From contig CM119376.1 of assembly GCA_051294905.1 (NCBI GenBank), positions 23,188,001 to 23,252,000 on the forward strand: a stretch of 64,000 bases of DNA, in the 5' to 3' direction. Below, piece by piece: positions 51,794-62,681 of this stretch. The notes below the pieces were generated by a model, which saw only the letters and a program-made list of their open reading frames with translations, was not told where the DNA came from and made no database searches. The DNA is from Botryllus schlosseri (lineage: Eukaryota). Within the stretch, counting starts at the first letter, position 1; each line of letters opens with the position of its first letter. A program made the position numbers and the translations under genes.

Positions 51794-53686
51794 TCATTTC
51801 TCGGCAACTTGATCAGGCAAATCTGACAATTCATTGTCCACCGCATTTCCATCTCCGTCATCATTTTGCGAATCTTTAACGCAAGTATGATTATCACCTT
51901 GTTTACTGTCTGTATTGCATTCTTCGTCGTTTTGATCGAAATACACAATCTCCTCGGGGTTGGGAGCTCGCGGTAAGAACTCGTCATCAGGACAGATGAC
52001 TTTAAAAAGTGCCCGTGCCTCTGAGATCGCAGTATCAAATCCCAATTCGTGAAACGGGCCCTTTACGACCAACACGTTTCCAGGCATATTCGAGGAATCA
52101 AATCCATCGCTTGCCATTTGAAAATACGAAGCCCACAGTATATTTGGTTTGCTTTCCTCATTGGCATCACCATTGTCATGTTGATCTTGCGTGCTACCAT
52201 ACCCGACGCCTCCAAACAAAATCTTTTCGATTTCCGAAAAATGAGATTGAGGAGACTCTGTACTTTCCTCCGTTCTCATCATGGCATGAACCACGTACAT
52301 ATCATCGGGACAAACGCGGCAAGCCGGACTGATTTCGACTAGCCATGCCGGTTTTACATTCAACACCGGCGGTATCGATATCAGGCAGCTGTTCCCATTT
52401 TTCATAAACGATTTATCAGTCACGTATATAGCGCGTGACACTCGGTTAGCAAAGTCATTCCTGCACGAATTCGGCAAGTAACTCTCGTTCGTGATCAAAC
52501 GGTCGCACTTTAACCTTTGACCAGTCGAATCAATAATCGCGACGCAGCGGTTTGTACTTTTGGACACGACGTACCCAATTGGGTATCTGTTTAAACAGAA
52601 CGTACCCCCGAACACGGCTCCCAGACGACAAAAAGCCTGTGGCAATTCCCCGGTACCGTACGTGGTCCACAAGAAAGCGCTATTGCCGTACCTTCCCAAC
52701 GACTTCAAGAACTTCGCGGAAGCTTTCAATCCGTCCAGCGTCTTTGTTTCTTCGGTCACCATGGCGATAGAATGGATGATAAAGTGCCGGAGTTTTTCGC
52801 TCAATTTCTTCGACACGAGGAACTCGCTAAAAGTCCGATCCTCGTAACCCTTGTACTCGTCCGGATTGCTTTCGTAACTTGCGCACGTTGTCAGGATTCT
52901 CATCAGCAATCGCTTCTCGACCATCGTCACCAATTTGCTGTTGAAGATATCTGTACGAGAGCACGGTACAGGAACTAGTTTCGGTTCGGGACTCTCCATT
53001 AACGTCAGAGTTCCGGTGACGTTACGAAACTCTAAGTAACGGCAGACGTTTGACGCTATCAGCAATTCCACCAGTTCACCTCTCGAAAACATCAGCTTCG
53101 GCGTGAGGTCTAGGTTAAAATGTCTCCATTTCGAATAGAAATATTCGAGCGATCGCTTATCGCTGTCCTTCTTAACGGTGTTACTTGAAGGTTCAATCAC
53201 TTTCTCATCGCTAACCACTTCGGAAACCTTATCTGCAGCACCAACATCACCAGTTTCATTATTATCAGAAACAGCTTCAGACGGTGCAGTCTCGCAATCT
53301 TCAGGCACACCCACCTCAGCTTTATTATCCGTTACGTCCTGCTCAACGGTAGGGGGTGGTATATCCTCTTTTATGTGACACTTTGCGCTCCCGTTGAATA
53401 CAGTCTGACGCACATTTGGAATCGGAACGAAAATCTCTTCATTATCATCGATTTTTTGCAACGCCTTATCCGTGTCCAATATTTCTTCCGGAGGCACCAC
53501 GCATTCGTTCATCCGCTGCTCAAAACCTTTCAAATTAAACGAAGACCAGTCGCCGCCATAATATTTCTGGTCATCCAAATGTAGCACTTTCTTCCCGATC
53601 CTTGACAAAGCGCCTGACACGATAGACTCTGTCAATCCGGTGCCTGCGACGATCACATCGAAGTCGTCGGGCAGCTCTTCGTTCAT
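51794..53686 (-). CDS. CHM: Rab escort protein (Rab geranylgeranyltransferase component A), single exon, 630 aa
   Basis: FDVIVAGTGLTESIVSGALSRIGKKVLHLD, the REP-specific acidic insert, FNLDLTPKL, VPCSRTDIF, YGTGELPQAFCRLGAVFGG, FLPRAPNPEEI. Confidence 0.93.
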   Translation of the reverse strand: MNEELPDDFDVIVAGTGLTESIVSGALSRIGKKVLHLDDQKYYGGDWSSFNLKGFEQRMNECVVPPEEILDTDKALQKIDDNEEIFVPIPNVRQTVFNGSAKCHIKEDIPPPTVEQDVTDNKAEVGVPEDCETAPSEAVSDNNETGDVGAADKVSEVVSDEKVIEPSSNTVKKDSDKRSLEYFYSKWRHFNLDLTPKLMFSRGELVELLIASNVCRYLEFRNVTGTLTLMESPEPKLVPVPCSRTDIFNSKLVTMVEKRLLMRILTTCASYESNPDEYKGYEDRTFSEFLVSKKLSEKLRHFIIHSIAMVTEETKTLDGLKASAKFLKSLGRYGNSAFLWTTYGTGELPQAFCRLGAVFGGTFCLNRYPIGYVVSKSTNRCVAIIDSTGQRLKCDRLITNESYLPNSCRNDFANRVSRAIYVTDKSFMKNGNSCLISIPPVLNVKPAWLVEISPACRVCPDDMYVVHAMMRTEESTESPQSHFSEIEKILFGGVGYGSTQDQHDNGDANEESKPNILWASYFQMASDGFDSSNMPGNVLVVKGPFHELGFDTAISEARALFKVICPDDEFLPRAPNPEEIVYFDQNDEECNTDSKQGDNHTCVKDSQNDDGDGNAVDNELSDLPDQVAEK

Positions 53687-54221
53687 GGTAACTCTATTCG
53701 ATTAAACTACCGTTCTAGGAAAGAATACAACGTGACTACATGGCATAAACGAAATTTTTACGATTCGCTACTTGAACAGAGTACCCGTTAGGAGTGTGCG
53801 TGAAAAGAAAGGTAAATCTATAATTGTAACAGTGCTGTTGAAAATATTTTCTGAATTGCAGACGAAGATGCGCGCCTTGGATATAATAAACTTGGATCTT
53901 TCTAGTCCAGTTTTTATCGTATGGTATACTACAAAGTTTTTCAAGGCATCATGCAACAGTAGCTACAGCGTTGTATACTAACTACAAAGTATGAATTACG
54001 ACACACAGAATACGTTGGTCAACTTCAAATACCACTAAATAGACGAAACCTTGAAATGAGAACAAATAAATCGCTAATACCACACTTATATGCACCCAGC
54101 ACCTGGCATCAGTGCGAAAACAATAAAATTCTGACAAAAATAGAATTAAAATATGTCCAAAATACACGGTAACAACAACCGGAACAGACACTATAGACGC
54201 AAAAAGCAGGACCGATGCATA

Positions 54222-55988
54222 TCACATTATCGTGCCTTTCGTGTACAAGTCTTGCAGCTGTTTGTTGAGCTGCGTCAACTTTTTCTCAACCTTTATCGAC
54301 ACCGGCTTGTAGTCTAACGATTTCGACTTGATAAACTCCGACAGCGCAAAGTTACTCTGCTCCAGGTGCTGCCATTTCTTCTCCAAATTAACGAGCTGCG
54401 CGTGGGTCTCGTTCTCCTCGAGCTGCTTTTTCAGCTTCTCATATTCGCGCGTCATCTCCTCCAAGGTGGATTCAAACTCTCTCTTTCTCTTTTCCAATTC
54501 CGTCCGGTCGCTCTGCAAGTCTCTCTTACGCTGTTCGGCGTCGGCGTTCAACTGATCGATGTCCGAAAACTTTTTCAAGTCGCGCACCATCTGATCATTT
54601 TTAGCACGGATCGCCGTCATTTCGGCGTTGATTTTCTCGGCGAGCTGTTCCACTTTCGTCAAATCCTGTTGTAGACGCGCGTTTTCTCCAGTAAGCGTGT
54701 TCGAAGTCGACGCTGCCTTTTGCAATTCCCCTTCCTTGAAGTCTAAATCCGCCTGCATGGCTCGAACTTCGTCGACGGAAGGCAAGTTACTGCCAGCGAC
54801 GATGTCTCGGCTTATCGCTTCCAATAAAGCGACATTGCTGTCTCTTAACTGCGCGATTTGCTCACGCTCGGATGACATATTCCTGTCGTAAGTCGCCATA
54901 AATGTTTCGATTTCCTGCTCCCGCTTTTGTAACTGACGGTATTTCTCCCGGTTTTCGCCCTGTTGGTCTTCCATCGCGCTTTCTATGTGCTGTAATTCGT
55001 CCTGGTACTGGCTCATTCTGTCTTCCGCCTCCTTGAGTTGTCTTTCCATGGTCGCTATCTCCTGATTGTCGCTTTTTACCTTTTCGAGGAGTTGCTCTTT
55101 TTCGTCTTCGGGGCTCGAGAATTTTTTGTCTTCCTGCCGGAGTTGCTCGATTTTTTCCGTGAGCTCGCTCTTCTGCTCGTATAATCTGACAGCTTCCATT
55201 TTAAGCGGGTTGGACTGCAAGGAACTCTCAATTTGCTGTTGTTTCGAGTTTAGAGACTCGATTTCTTCCTGCATTCTATTCACGAGCTCCATGTTGTCCA
55301 AGGATTCCGCTTTGAGAGCCGCATACTTTCTTTGCATGTTTGGGTCCATGTCTTGAACTCTGTTTTCCGTAAGCGCTCTCTCGCGTTGTATTTCCGACTC
55401 AAACTCTTCGATTTGACGCTCCATGGATTGCTTCTGTTCGAATATTCTCTCAAGACTTTCGTTGTCACGGTCGTTACGAGCACGCAACGCATTCAACTCA
55501 TCGTTCATTACACTTACGTCTTGATTCATGTTGACACGATCGATCATCATGTTGTAATCGTGTAGTTCGCCTTGTAACGCGGAAATCTCGGCCGCTAAAG
55601 TCTCGGCACGTCGTTCAAACATCAAATACGTGTTGTTTTCTTCTTGGTATTGATGGATGTCACCTTCGACTTTGCGAATTTCGGTCGCGAGCTCATTGGT
55701 TTTGGTACGAACCTCGCCAAGCCAGAAAGTGCGATCTTGAATTTGCCTTTGCGGGCCTTTAGTAGTACCCGGTCTCATGACGCTTACGCCTTGCTGGGTC
55801 ATGGGGCGATCTAGGACTGCTATGCCGGCCGGAAGCACCGTTGACGGTACTCCAGGCTGGCCGCTTCTTGTGCCTGGCCGTCCGGTGCCGGGCACTTGTC
55901 CTGTGACGAGCCTCATTGGAGGTTTAGCGTTCATGCCGCTGGATGGAGGCCTTCTTCGCATGCTACTGCTTGGTGGACGGGCAGCCAT
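54222..55988 (-). CDS. IFT74: Intraflagellar transport protein 74, single exon, 588 aa
   Basis: Basic N-terminal RPPS/RPGT repeats, DRPMTQQG, GPQRQIQDRTFWLG, a long coiled coil, and ENETHAQLVNLEKKWQHLEQSNF. Confidence 0.93.
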   Translation of the reverse strand: MAARPPSSSMRRRPPSSGMNAKPPMRLVTGQVPGTGRPGTRSGQPGVPSTVLPAGIAVLDRPMTQQGVSVMRPGTTKGPQRQIQDRTFWLGEVRTKTNELATEIRKVEGDIHQYQEENNTYLMFERRAETLAAEISALQGELHDYNMMIDRVNMNQDVSVMNDELNALRARNDRDNESLERIFEQKQSMERQIEEFESEIQRERALTENRVQDMDPNMQRKYAALKAESLDNMELVNRMQEEIESLNSKQQQIESSLQSNPLKMEAVRLYEQKSELTEKIEQLRQEDKKFSSPEDEKEQLLEKVKSDNQEIATMERQLKEAEDRMSQYQDELQHIESAMEDQQGENREKYRQLQKREQEIETFMATYDRNMSSEREQIAQLRDSNVALLEAISRDIVAGSNLPSVDEVRAMQADLDFKEGELQKAASTSNTLTGENARLQQDLTKVEQLAEKINAEMTAIRAKNDQMVRDLKKFSDIDQLNADAEQRKRDLQSDRTELEKRKREFESTLEEMTREYEKLKKQLEENETHAQLVNLEKKWQHLEQSNFALSEFIKSKSLDYKPVSIKVEKKLTQLNKQLQDLYTKGTIM

Positions 55989-57254
55989 GTTTCAGAGTTG
56001 AGTGTTTGAGTTGAAAACCACCTGTGGATTACTATAACTGATGTGTAAAATAGACACGGATATTATTATTTGAGGTGAGGATATAGAGTATAATTTATGT
56101 TGACAATGGGCCGGGTTGGAATCCCGGTACGTTCAGCGTAATATATTTGGTGTGCCAAGACGCATCTCAGCGTCACACCTGTGTGCAATCAGTAGAATCT
56201 TTGGTGTGCACGAGACACCGATTCCATATTGGACAATGGGCTTGCATATATCAGATATGCCATGGTGGAGTGGATGGTGTCGAAATATCAAGCATAGGCT
56301 ACTAGGAGCCAGGAGGTAATTGAACTTATACACAAACTTGGAAATTTCCATGCATCGCAGCTGATAATAACAAAACAATCGTGGGCATTTACATTAGTTT
56401 CCTAATCCTTATGTACCGTGTACCGACCGACACTCCTATATCACTGTGATCGCCTGATATTTCGAATAATGGAAGTATCCAATATCCATTAATACTGGTT
56501 TCATATCTATAGAATTAGGGAGACCAGTAGCTAAGTAATCATATAACTAGAACTAAGTATAACTAAGAATATTGTTACATTCTTCTGGTATTCCTGAATC
56601 CTGAATATTGTAGAAGTGTTATTCATTCAACCATATATTACTTTTCGCAAACCGCTGGAAGTAAACAAATAGTACCGTAATAAATTAATTTCATGAGCCA
56701 CACTGGATGATTTTTGAACACAGCATAGTACAATCATAGCAATTTACAACGTAGCTACGTTGTAAATTGCTATGGTACAATTTTTCAATGGCAAATATTT
56801 GTTCAGCGATGTTTTATATTTTATACAAGCCCCCTTTTTAACCGTAACAGATTTAAAGTTGGGTTGGTAGTTTCCTAATTAATCACTGAACTGCTTGAAT
56901 CAGCCCGTGTCCTTATTTTGTTTCCTCTGTGTTCACAATATTTTGTAATTTGATTTCAATTATCAACAAATGCATGAAGCATTTGCACAGAAATATTGTC
57001 ACATTAAAATATTGAAACGATGGAAACCTTATTGACTGATTGATTGCCTTCAATTTCCTTCGTGTCGTACACCGAAATTTTGAAGCGTCTCCCTGTAGAA
57101 AGCTTTTGCTCGCGAATCCAAGCCAAATAACATACGTGAGATGTACACGTGACACACACATATACTATAGTAGTGCAGCTTAGTTATTCGACTCGCAGTT
57201 AGTAAAGCGGGTAGAGTTGAATTGTACTGCGGCCTGCTGTGATTAATTAGAAAA
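55989..57254. promoter_or_regulatory. Putative bidirectional promoter region between IFT74 and NOP16
   Basis: Head-to-head gene starts 1.27 kb apart; inferred from geometry only. Confidence 0.45.
56735..56774. repeat. Perfect 40-bp spacerless palindrome
   Basis: catagcaatttacaacgtag|ctacgttgtaaattgctatg. Confidence 0.95.
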
Positions 57255-58520
57255 ATGCCTAGTAAAAGAAAGGCTAGAAGAGGGAAAGTGAATCACGACA
57301 TTGACAAAAGGAAGCTATGGAAGAAGTTGAAGAAAAGGCCAGTACTTAAATGGCAAGTATACCAGTATATTATTCTATCAAACTTGATGTAATGCTTCTC
57401 TCCCTTAGAACCGCGAATGTATATGCCGACTTGATAGCGTAGTGATATAGCGACAGCCTCGAGCGTGGTTTCGAACCCCGGCTAGGTCGGATCGAATGCA
57501 TAATACCATGAAAAACTGGTGTCCCCATTTCCTGACTTGACTTGATGACCTAGTTGTTCCTTCGCATGTCCATTATCGTCAAAGAACTCCCACAAAAATA
57601 AACTGTTTCCATTATCTCAATATTTTGAATTCATTACCGTCCCTGCTGGAATCTCGGTACGTTTTGCCTGATACACCAGGTGAGCAGCGATGATTCTCAG
57701 GGTTAAAGTAATTAAATAAGAAATAATTGAAAAAATAAGTTGTGTGAGCACAGGACACCGATTCCATTCCGGATTTAATGTGATGTACCGTAGCTCGAGA
57801 GATAATTTGTTCCCTATTATAGCGAAATGAATTACAAAATGAATCTTATTCCTTCGTTTTCTTAACTGTCTTTATCACTTTCCAGCAAAGAAATTAGTGC
57901 CTTCTGGGATAAGACGAAAACTCTGCAGCAAAATCTGAAGGATATGGGTTTGGCCTACGATGCAAATAGATCTGTGCAGATGCCTGGTAAAAAGCCCGCA
58001 GTAATGGAAGAAATGGCTATCAAACCCAAAGTTCCTGAAGTGTTAGAATGTGAGTAACTCATCTGCATGATACTTACAGGTTGAAAAGGCAACCATTGCA
58101 TCAGTATTGCAAGTAAGATGCTTTTAAGTTGGAGTTTACTGACTGACGCAGTTTGATAATATGTATGTCAGCACGGTATTACACAAAAATTGTGGGATGC
58201 AACTATATGTTTTTTCCTGCTGAACCGTTCTACTTGGTATTTTTCACATTCTAGCAATGGAAACTGAAGTCGCTCTTGGTGAAAAGGAAAAGCGTTTTCT
58301 AATCTCGGGGGATGACGTCTTATTCTGCACACACATGATGGATACTTACAAGGACAATTATAAAGCCATGGCAAGAGACAAGAGAAACTACTTCCAATTA
58401 ACACCAAAACAAATCCGGGATAAAATAAGATCGTTCAAGAGGTCAAAAACGCAATATCAAGCGTATCTGGATGCAAAAAAGAGAACTGACGGAATGGACA
58501 ATGAAATAATGGAATCATGA
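57255..58520 (+). CDS. NOP16: Nucleolar protein 16; exons 57255-57352, 57886-58049, 58255-58520 (175 aa)
   Basis: Basic N-terminus, WDKTKTLQQNLKDMGLAYDAN, DNYKAMARDKRNYFQLTPKQIR. The first intron is GC-AG. Confidence 0.9.
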
Positions 58521-58777
58521 TTTGCATTTGTTCTTTCTTGATACTGCCTCTATAGCCTATGACAATTTTCTGAAGCTTGGCTTCATTTGAATTTGAGCTA
58601 CCCTACATGCATGCGCTGATGTTGAACTCAACATCGGCTTCTGTTGTTAGGCTATATCTACACATTGTACATTGTGGAGTTCTGACGCAGAAATCATTTT
58701 AGATTTGCATTTTCATGTTTTCTCTGACTTTACAGATTTTAGTGTATTGTAACTATAAATATTTTTCCACTGGGAAG

Positions 58778-61700
58778 ATGGGTACTGTAAGTGAGGTGAG
58801 AAAAATAGTATGCTTGTACGCAGTACATTGTGTGATCAATTGCGATTATGTTGTATTGTCGAACTTCGATATAATAAAATTCAAATTTCATTCCCTTCAT
58901 GTGGATGTTGTATTAATATCTGTGTTGATATATCACCTTTAGGGTGTGATACTAGCTACCATGGCTTAGTCGGGGGTGTCTTCAATTTGTCAATGTCACC
59001 AATGCCAACATTGCCTCTCGGGGGCCGAAACTAGGGTTGTACAGTACGGCGTGCCAACTTTTTGCCAGCGACACTGGAATATATAAAGATTTCGATGTTA
59101 TTGAATTCAACATAGGCCTAATAATGTAGTTATAGATAATTTGCGTTTGTGGCCAATCTTCAGGTCTTCCAGTCGAGAATCACGTAGCGAGATAGTCGAA
59201 GTAGTTGAGTAGCCGAGCAATGAATTTTATGGCTTCAAAATTGGAGTCATCTGGTCGAAAAGTTATCCCATGCAGTCTGGAGTCATGACTTAGTCCACGT
59301 CATGCGCAATGACTCGAGTACAGGTCAAGTCAATACCAAGATTGAAGTCGAGTTGAATCACCAAAAATCCTGACTCGAGTCATTACAACCCTAGTTTCGG
59401 CTGCCGTACGGCGACATTGACAAAATAGATACACGTCGACATTGACAAATTAAGGCACCCTTTAGTCGGCAGAACTTGACTTCACCTGTGTACGGTTATT
59501 AACAGGAAAGACTGACATATTTTGTGTACATTCTTGATGATTGCTCTCTTGATTATTAATTGATCATGATCTTACTATTACCTACTACTGGAAAATTTGT
59601 GGAAGCAGAGGTCAGCCCATTTGAAATAACTATTCCTGTTTGTTCTTTTAGAACCCTTTCGAGGCAGTTGAAGCAGCAAGAGCATTATCGCATTCTGCAG
59701 AAAACTACGCAAATGATGTAAGTCGCATGTTTGATTCCTTACTCTTCAGGGCCGAGTCCCTCGGATCTATTCAGGTGCTTAACGCCAAAATCTAAATTTT
59801 CAATTCAATATTGAAATGTCTGCAGCTGAGCGGTGACGAAGTGCTGAATGCTAATCTGATCATGATCATGTAATGTGTCAAGTTTTACGTAGTCACGCCG
59901 GGAAATATTTTGGAAGTCATATTTCCAGAATTGTAGTACTTTCTGATGTCGCTATATAGTCCAGCGGAGTTTTATGAGTAATACTAATGCACCAACTCTC
60001 TTAATCATTGGGTTATGTTCGACATTCGAGCGATAGCTATCAAGGTAATGCATCTAATTTGTGCTCATACTGATTCACCACTGTAATAATTGTTGCTAAG
60101 GTCTTGATTCATCCATGCAAAACCCCTAGATACCTTTTTCATGTTTATGTTTGCTGGTAGTCAGATATGAGTTTGTTGCCATTGGACTCGACAATTAATC
60201 GTAGTTCTTTGTTTCATTACAGGAAAAGATCGAAGTCGCCTGGGCCATACAAGCTTATGACCATGCTGAGATCCACTTTGACGTGTGTATCTAATTTTAC
60301 TGTTGCACATCTGGTCAGAGCAGTGTTGGGATGACTCGAGTCACTTTTTTGTATGACTTGACTTGACTCGGTGTATCAGAAATGTGGATTGACTCGTGAC
60401 TCGGAGCAAAATTCACGGGTCAATTTCAAGTCGACAAGTAATCGGCGTCGATAAAAATCACTGTATCTTACATGGTCGGATTTTTAGCGAAATGCTGGTG
60501 TAACCCGTGAGAGCGACCAATCATTCAATAATCGTGCGTTTTACTGAGCCTCCATTGTTCTCTCACAAATGAATTGACCGCAAACGAAGTGATCGAAACT
60601 TACAGCTTACGTTGTCGTAAACTAGTATAGTAAAGTAATTTAATAGCAAAATGTCTATCTCTGTTCTTACCTTTATTGAAATTGAATTTGAATATACTTT
60701 ATATAGTCCTCAACCACTGGCGCAGGCTCGACTTGAATATCAATTTGTAAATGGGCAATGTATTGCATGTTATTATTCATTTCTTTATTCTCTATTTTTG
60801 CTGGTAACTATAAACTGAGGCTGTAGGTATCTGTGAGCGATGCAGCGCCTTTTTGCCTGCATATTTAACTCTATATTCGTTCATTGGTTCAGAATCAATA
60901 ACCACTCAATCTGTATATCAGACAGCTAGTAAAACGCAATGACGTAATCATTCCTAATACTTCAAATAGGCAACTTGAATTGTGACGTGACTTGACTTGA
61001 CTCGAGTCACCTCCAAAAATCGAGTGACTTGACTTGACTCGAGTCAAAATGTGCAATGACTCGTGACTCAAAGGTAGTGACTTGATCCCAACACTGGGTC
61101 AGAGTAATCGTTGAGCCTACTTGGTAATAGTTGGTAGTATAGTAATGGTTTTGGTACCTCCCCTGACCCAGCCAAACTTAACCTAACCCTAATTTAGTAC
61201 CTATCCTAATGCTTCACCCATCCAAAAGGCTAATCCAACCCTTAGCTGACCTTACCCAACCCCCGGCAATAGTATATCATAGCATTATCAATTTATTTCC
61301 ATCTCATATTACACTGTTTCTCAAAGGACCTTCTGTGAATACTTTCTGCCTTTTGAAGCTCACTTTGTAGAGTACTACAGCCAGTAACTGACATGCAAAC
61401 AGAAGTTGTTATGACAATGGTAAATGTGCCCAACTTCAGCTAGTTTGTCATCAGTTATTCGGTTACTGCTGTAACGGAAAAATGGGATTACAGAGTAGAA
61501 ATATAATATAGGCAAGAATCTTGACTCATACCAATATTTCTCATACATTGTCAAGTTCAGTGCTTGGTTTTGCAAAATCAATTGTCCAATTCAGTGATTC
61601 AGGGGTCCATGAGTCTTGAAAATTTCCAGTGCGACTAGAAAACTGATGGAAACCATTGATATACATTATACATACAAGTAGAGCACAATGCAAAAGAGTC

Positions 61701-62422
61701 GTATCTCACTGAATCAATGACTTTCCGTAATCAATTTTTCAATAGAGCTATGCAAACGTAACATTCTAACATTGGAGTTGCATTTCTTTAGATTTGTGGG
61801 GCTCAATTAAACTCATATATTTGGGTCACACTCTAGGAAGTTTGAGATCCATGTTTCAATGCTCGGATTTTGTGATTTAGTTGGATTTATTAATAGTAAC
61901 TTATCGCTGGACAGATCATCACTTCGGTAGACCCCAAATTTCTCCGGCTATGCCCAATGGAGGATGAGATTTATGAACATTTTCGATCGAAATTCTCGAC
62001 CATGTCAGTTGATACTGTTGATGAAAGCGAACTAAAGTCAGCAGGGGCAAAGGAGGTTTGAAGTAACTTACTTGGCTCTGAATATGTTTCAATATGATGT
62101 GAAATTCTCAGCGATGGCGGTCCTTCTGTGAGGAGTATAAAGGAAAAGTGGAGGACTACAATTTTGGAACGTTATTGCGCGTCAACTGCAAAGAAGGTTA
62201 CAATGACAAGAACACAATATTTGGTAAATTCCGACCGCACTGTATCATATTGTTCATGTTCATTGAATCTAGTAAATTTGATTTATTATAATCATTTGAG
62301 ATTGATGTTTTTCAGCTTGGCGTGTCCAGTTCCTTGCAATTGAAATCGCTCGGAATCGAGAAGGCTACAATACACCTATTTTCCTGAAAGCAAGGCAAGA
62401 GAGCAGGAAAACGACTGATTGA
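58778..62422 (+). CDS. PBDC1: Polysaccharide biosynthesis domain-containing protein 1; exons 58778-58786/58795 (tentative), 59652-59717, 60223-60282, 61915-62055, 62112-62223, 62316-62422
   Basis: ALSHSAENYAND, IEVAWAIQAYDHAE, SVDPKFLRL, VEDYNFGTLLR, RVQFLAIEIARNREGYN; phases close. The first exon is inferred. Confidence 0.88.
59032..59393. mobile_element. gactcgagtc-family MITE inside a larger inverted-repeat host (~58970-59460)
   Basis: Termini tagggttgt / acaacccta. Host arms aatttgtcaatgtc / gacattgacaaatt. Confidence 0.65.
60321..61096. mobile_element. Intact hAT MITE, 776 bp, in PBDC1 intron 3
   Basis: TIRs cagtgttggga / tcccaacactg; exact 8-bp TSD ggtcagag. Confidence 0.92.
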
Positions 62423-62681
62423 ATTGAAATGGGCATATGTAATATGATTCACCAGTGATCGTCATTGCCTTCGCTTACCCATTGCATCTGACAAATGAGG
62501 AAAGGCACCGAACATGGCGATTTCGATGCTGATCAACATGCAAAGGAATTGACATCGTGCCTCGAAAACATATCACGGTGTTGTTGGAAATGCATCAAAA
62601 TCAAGTTATGTATGACAGCAGTTCGAAAACTGAGTTACAACAACCAGCCATTGTCGGATATTGGAAGAACACTTGTAACAT

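Noticed and set aside
26925-55988. Conserved vertebrate SMC4-IFT linkage
   Set aside because: The human head-to-head partner of SMC4 is IFT80; this gene is IFT74 and lies 24 kb away.
59820-60050. Exon-like or snoRNA-like segments in PBDC1 intron 2
   Set aside because: All frames contain stops, and there is no canonical C/D box pair at a plausible spacing.
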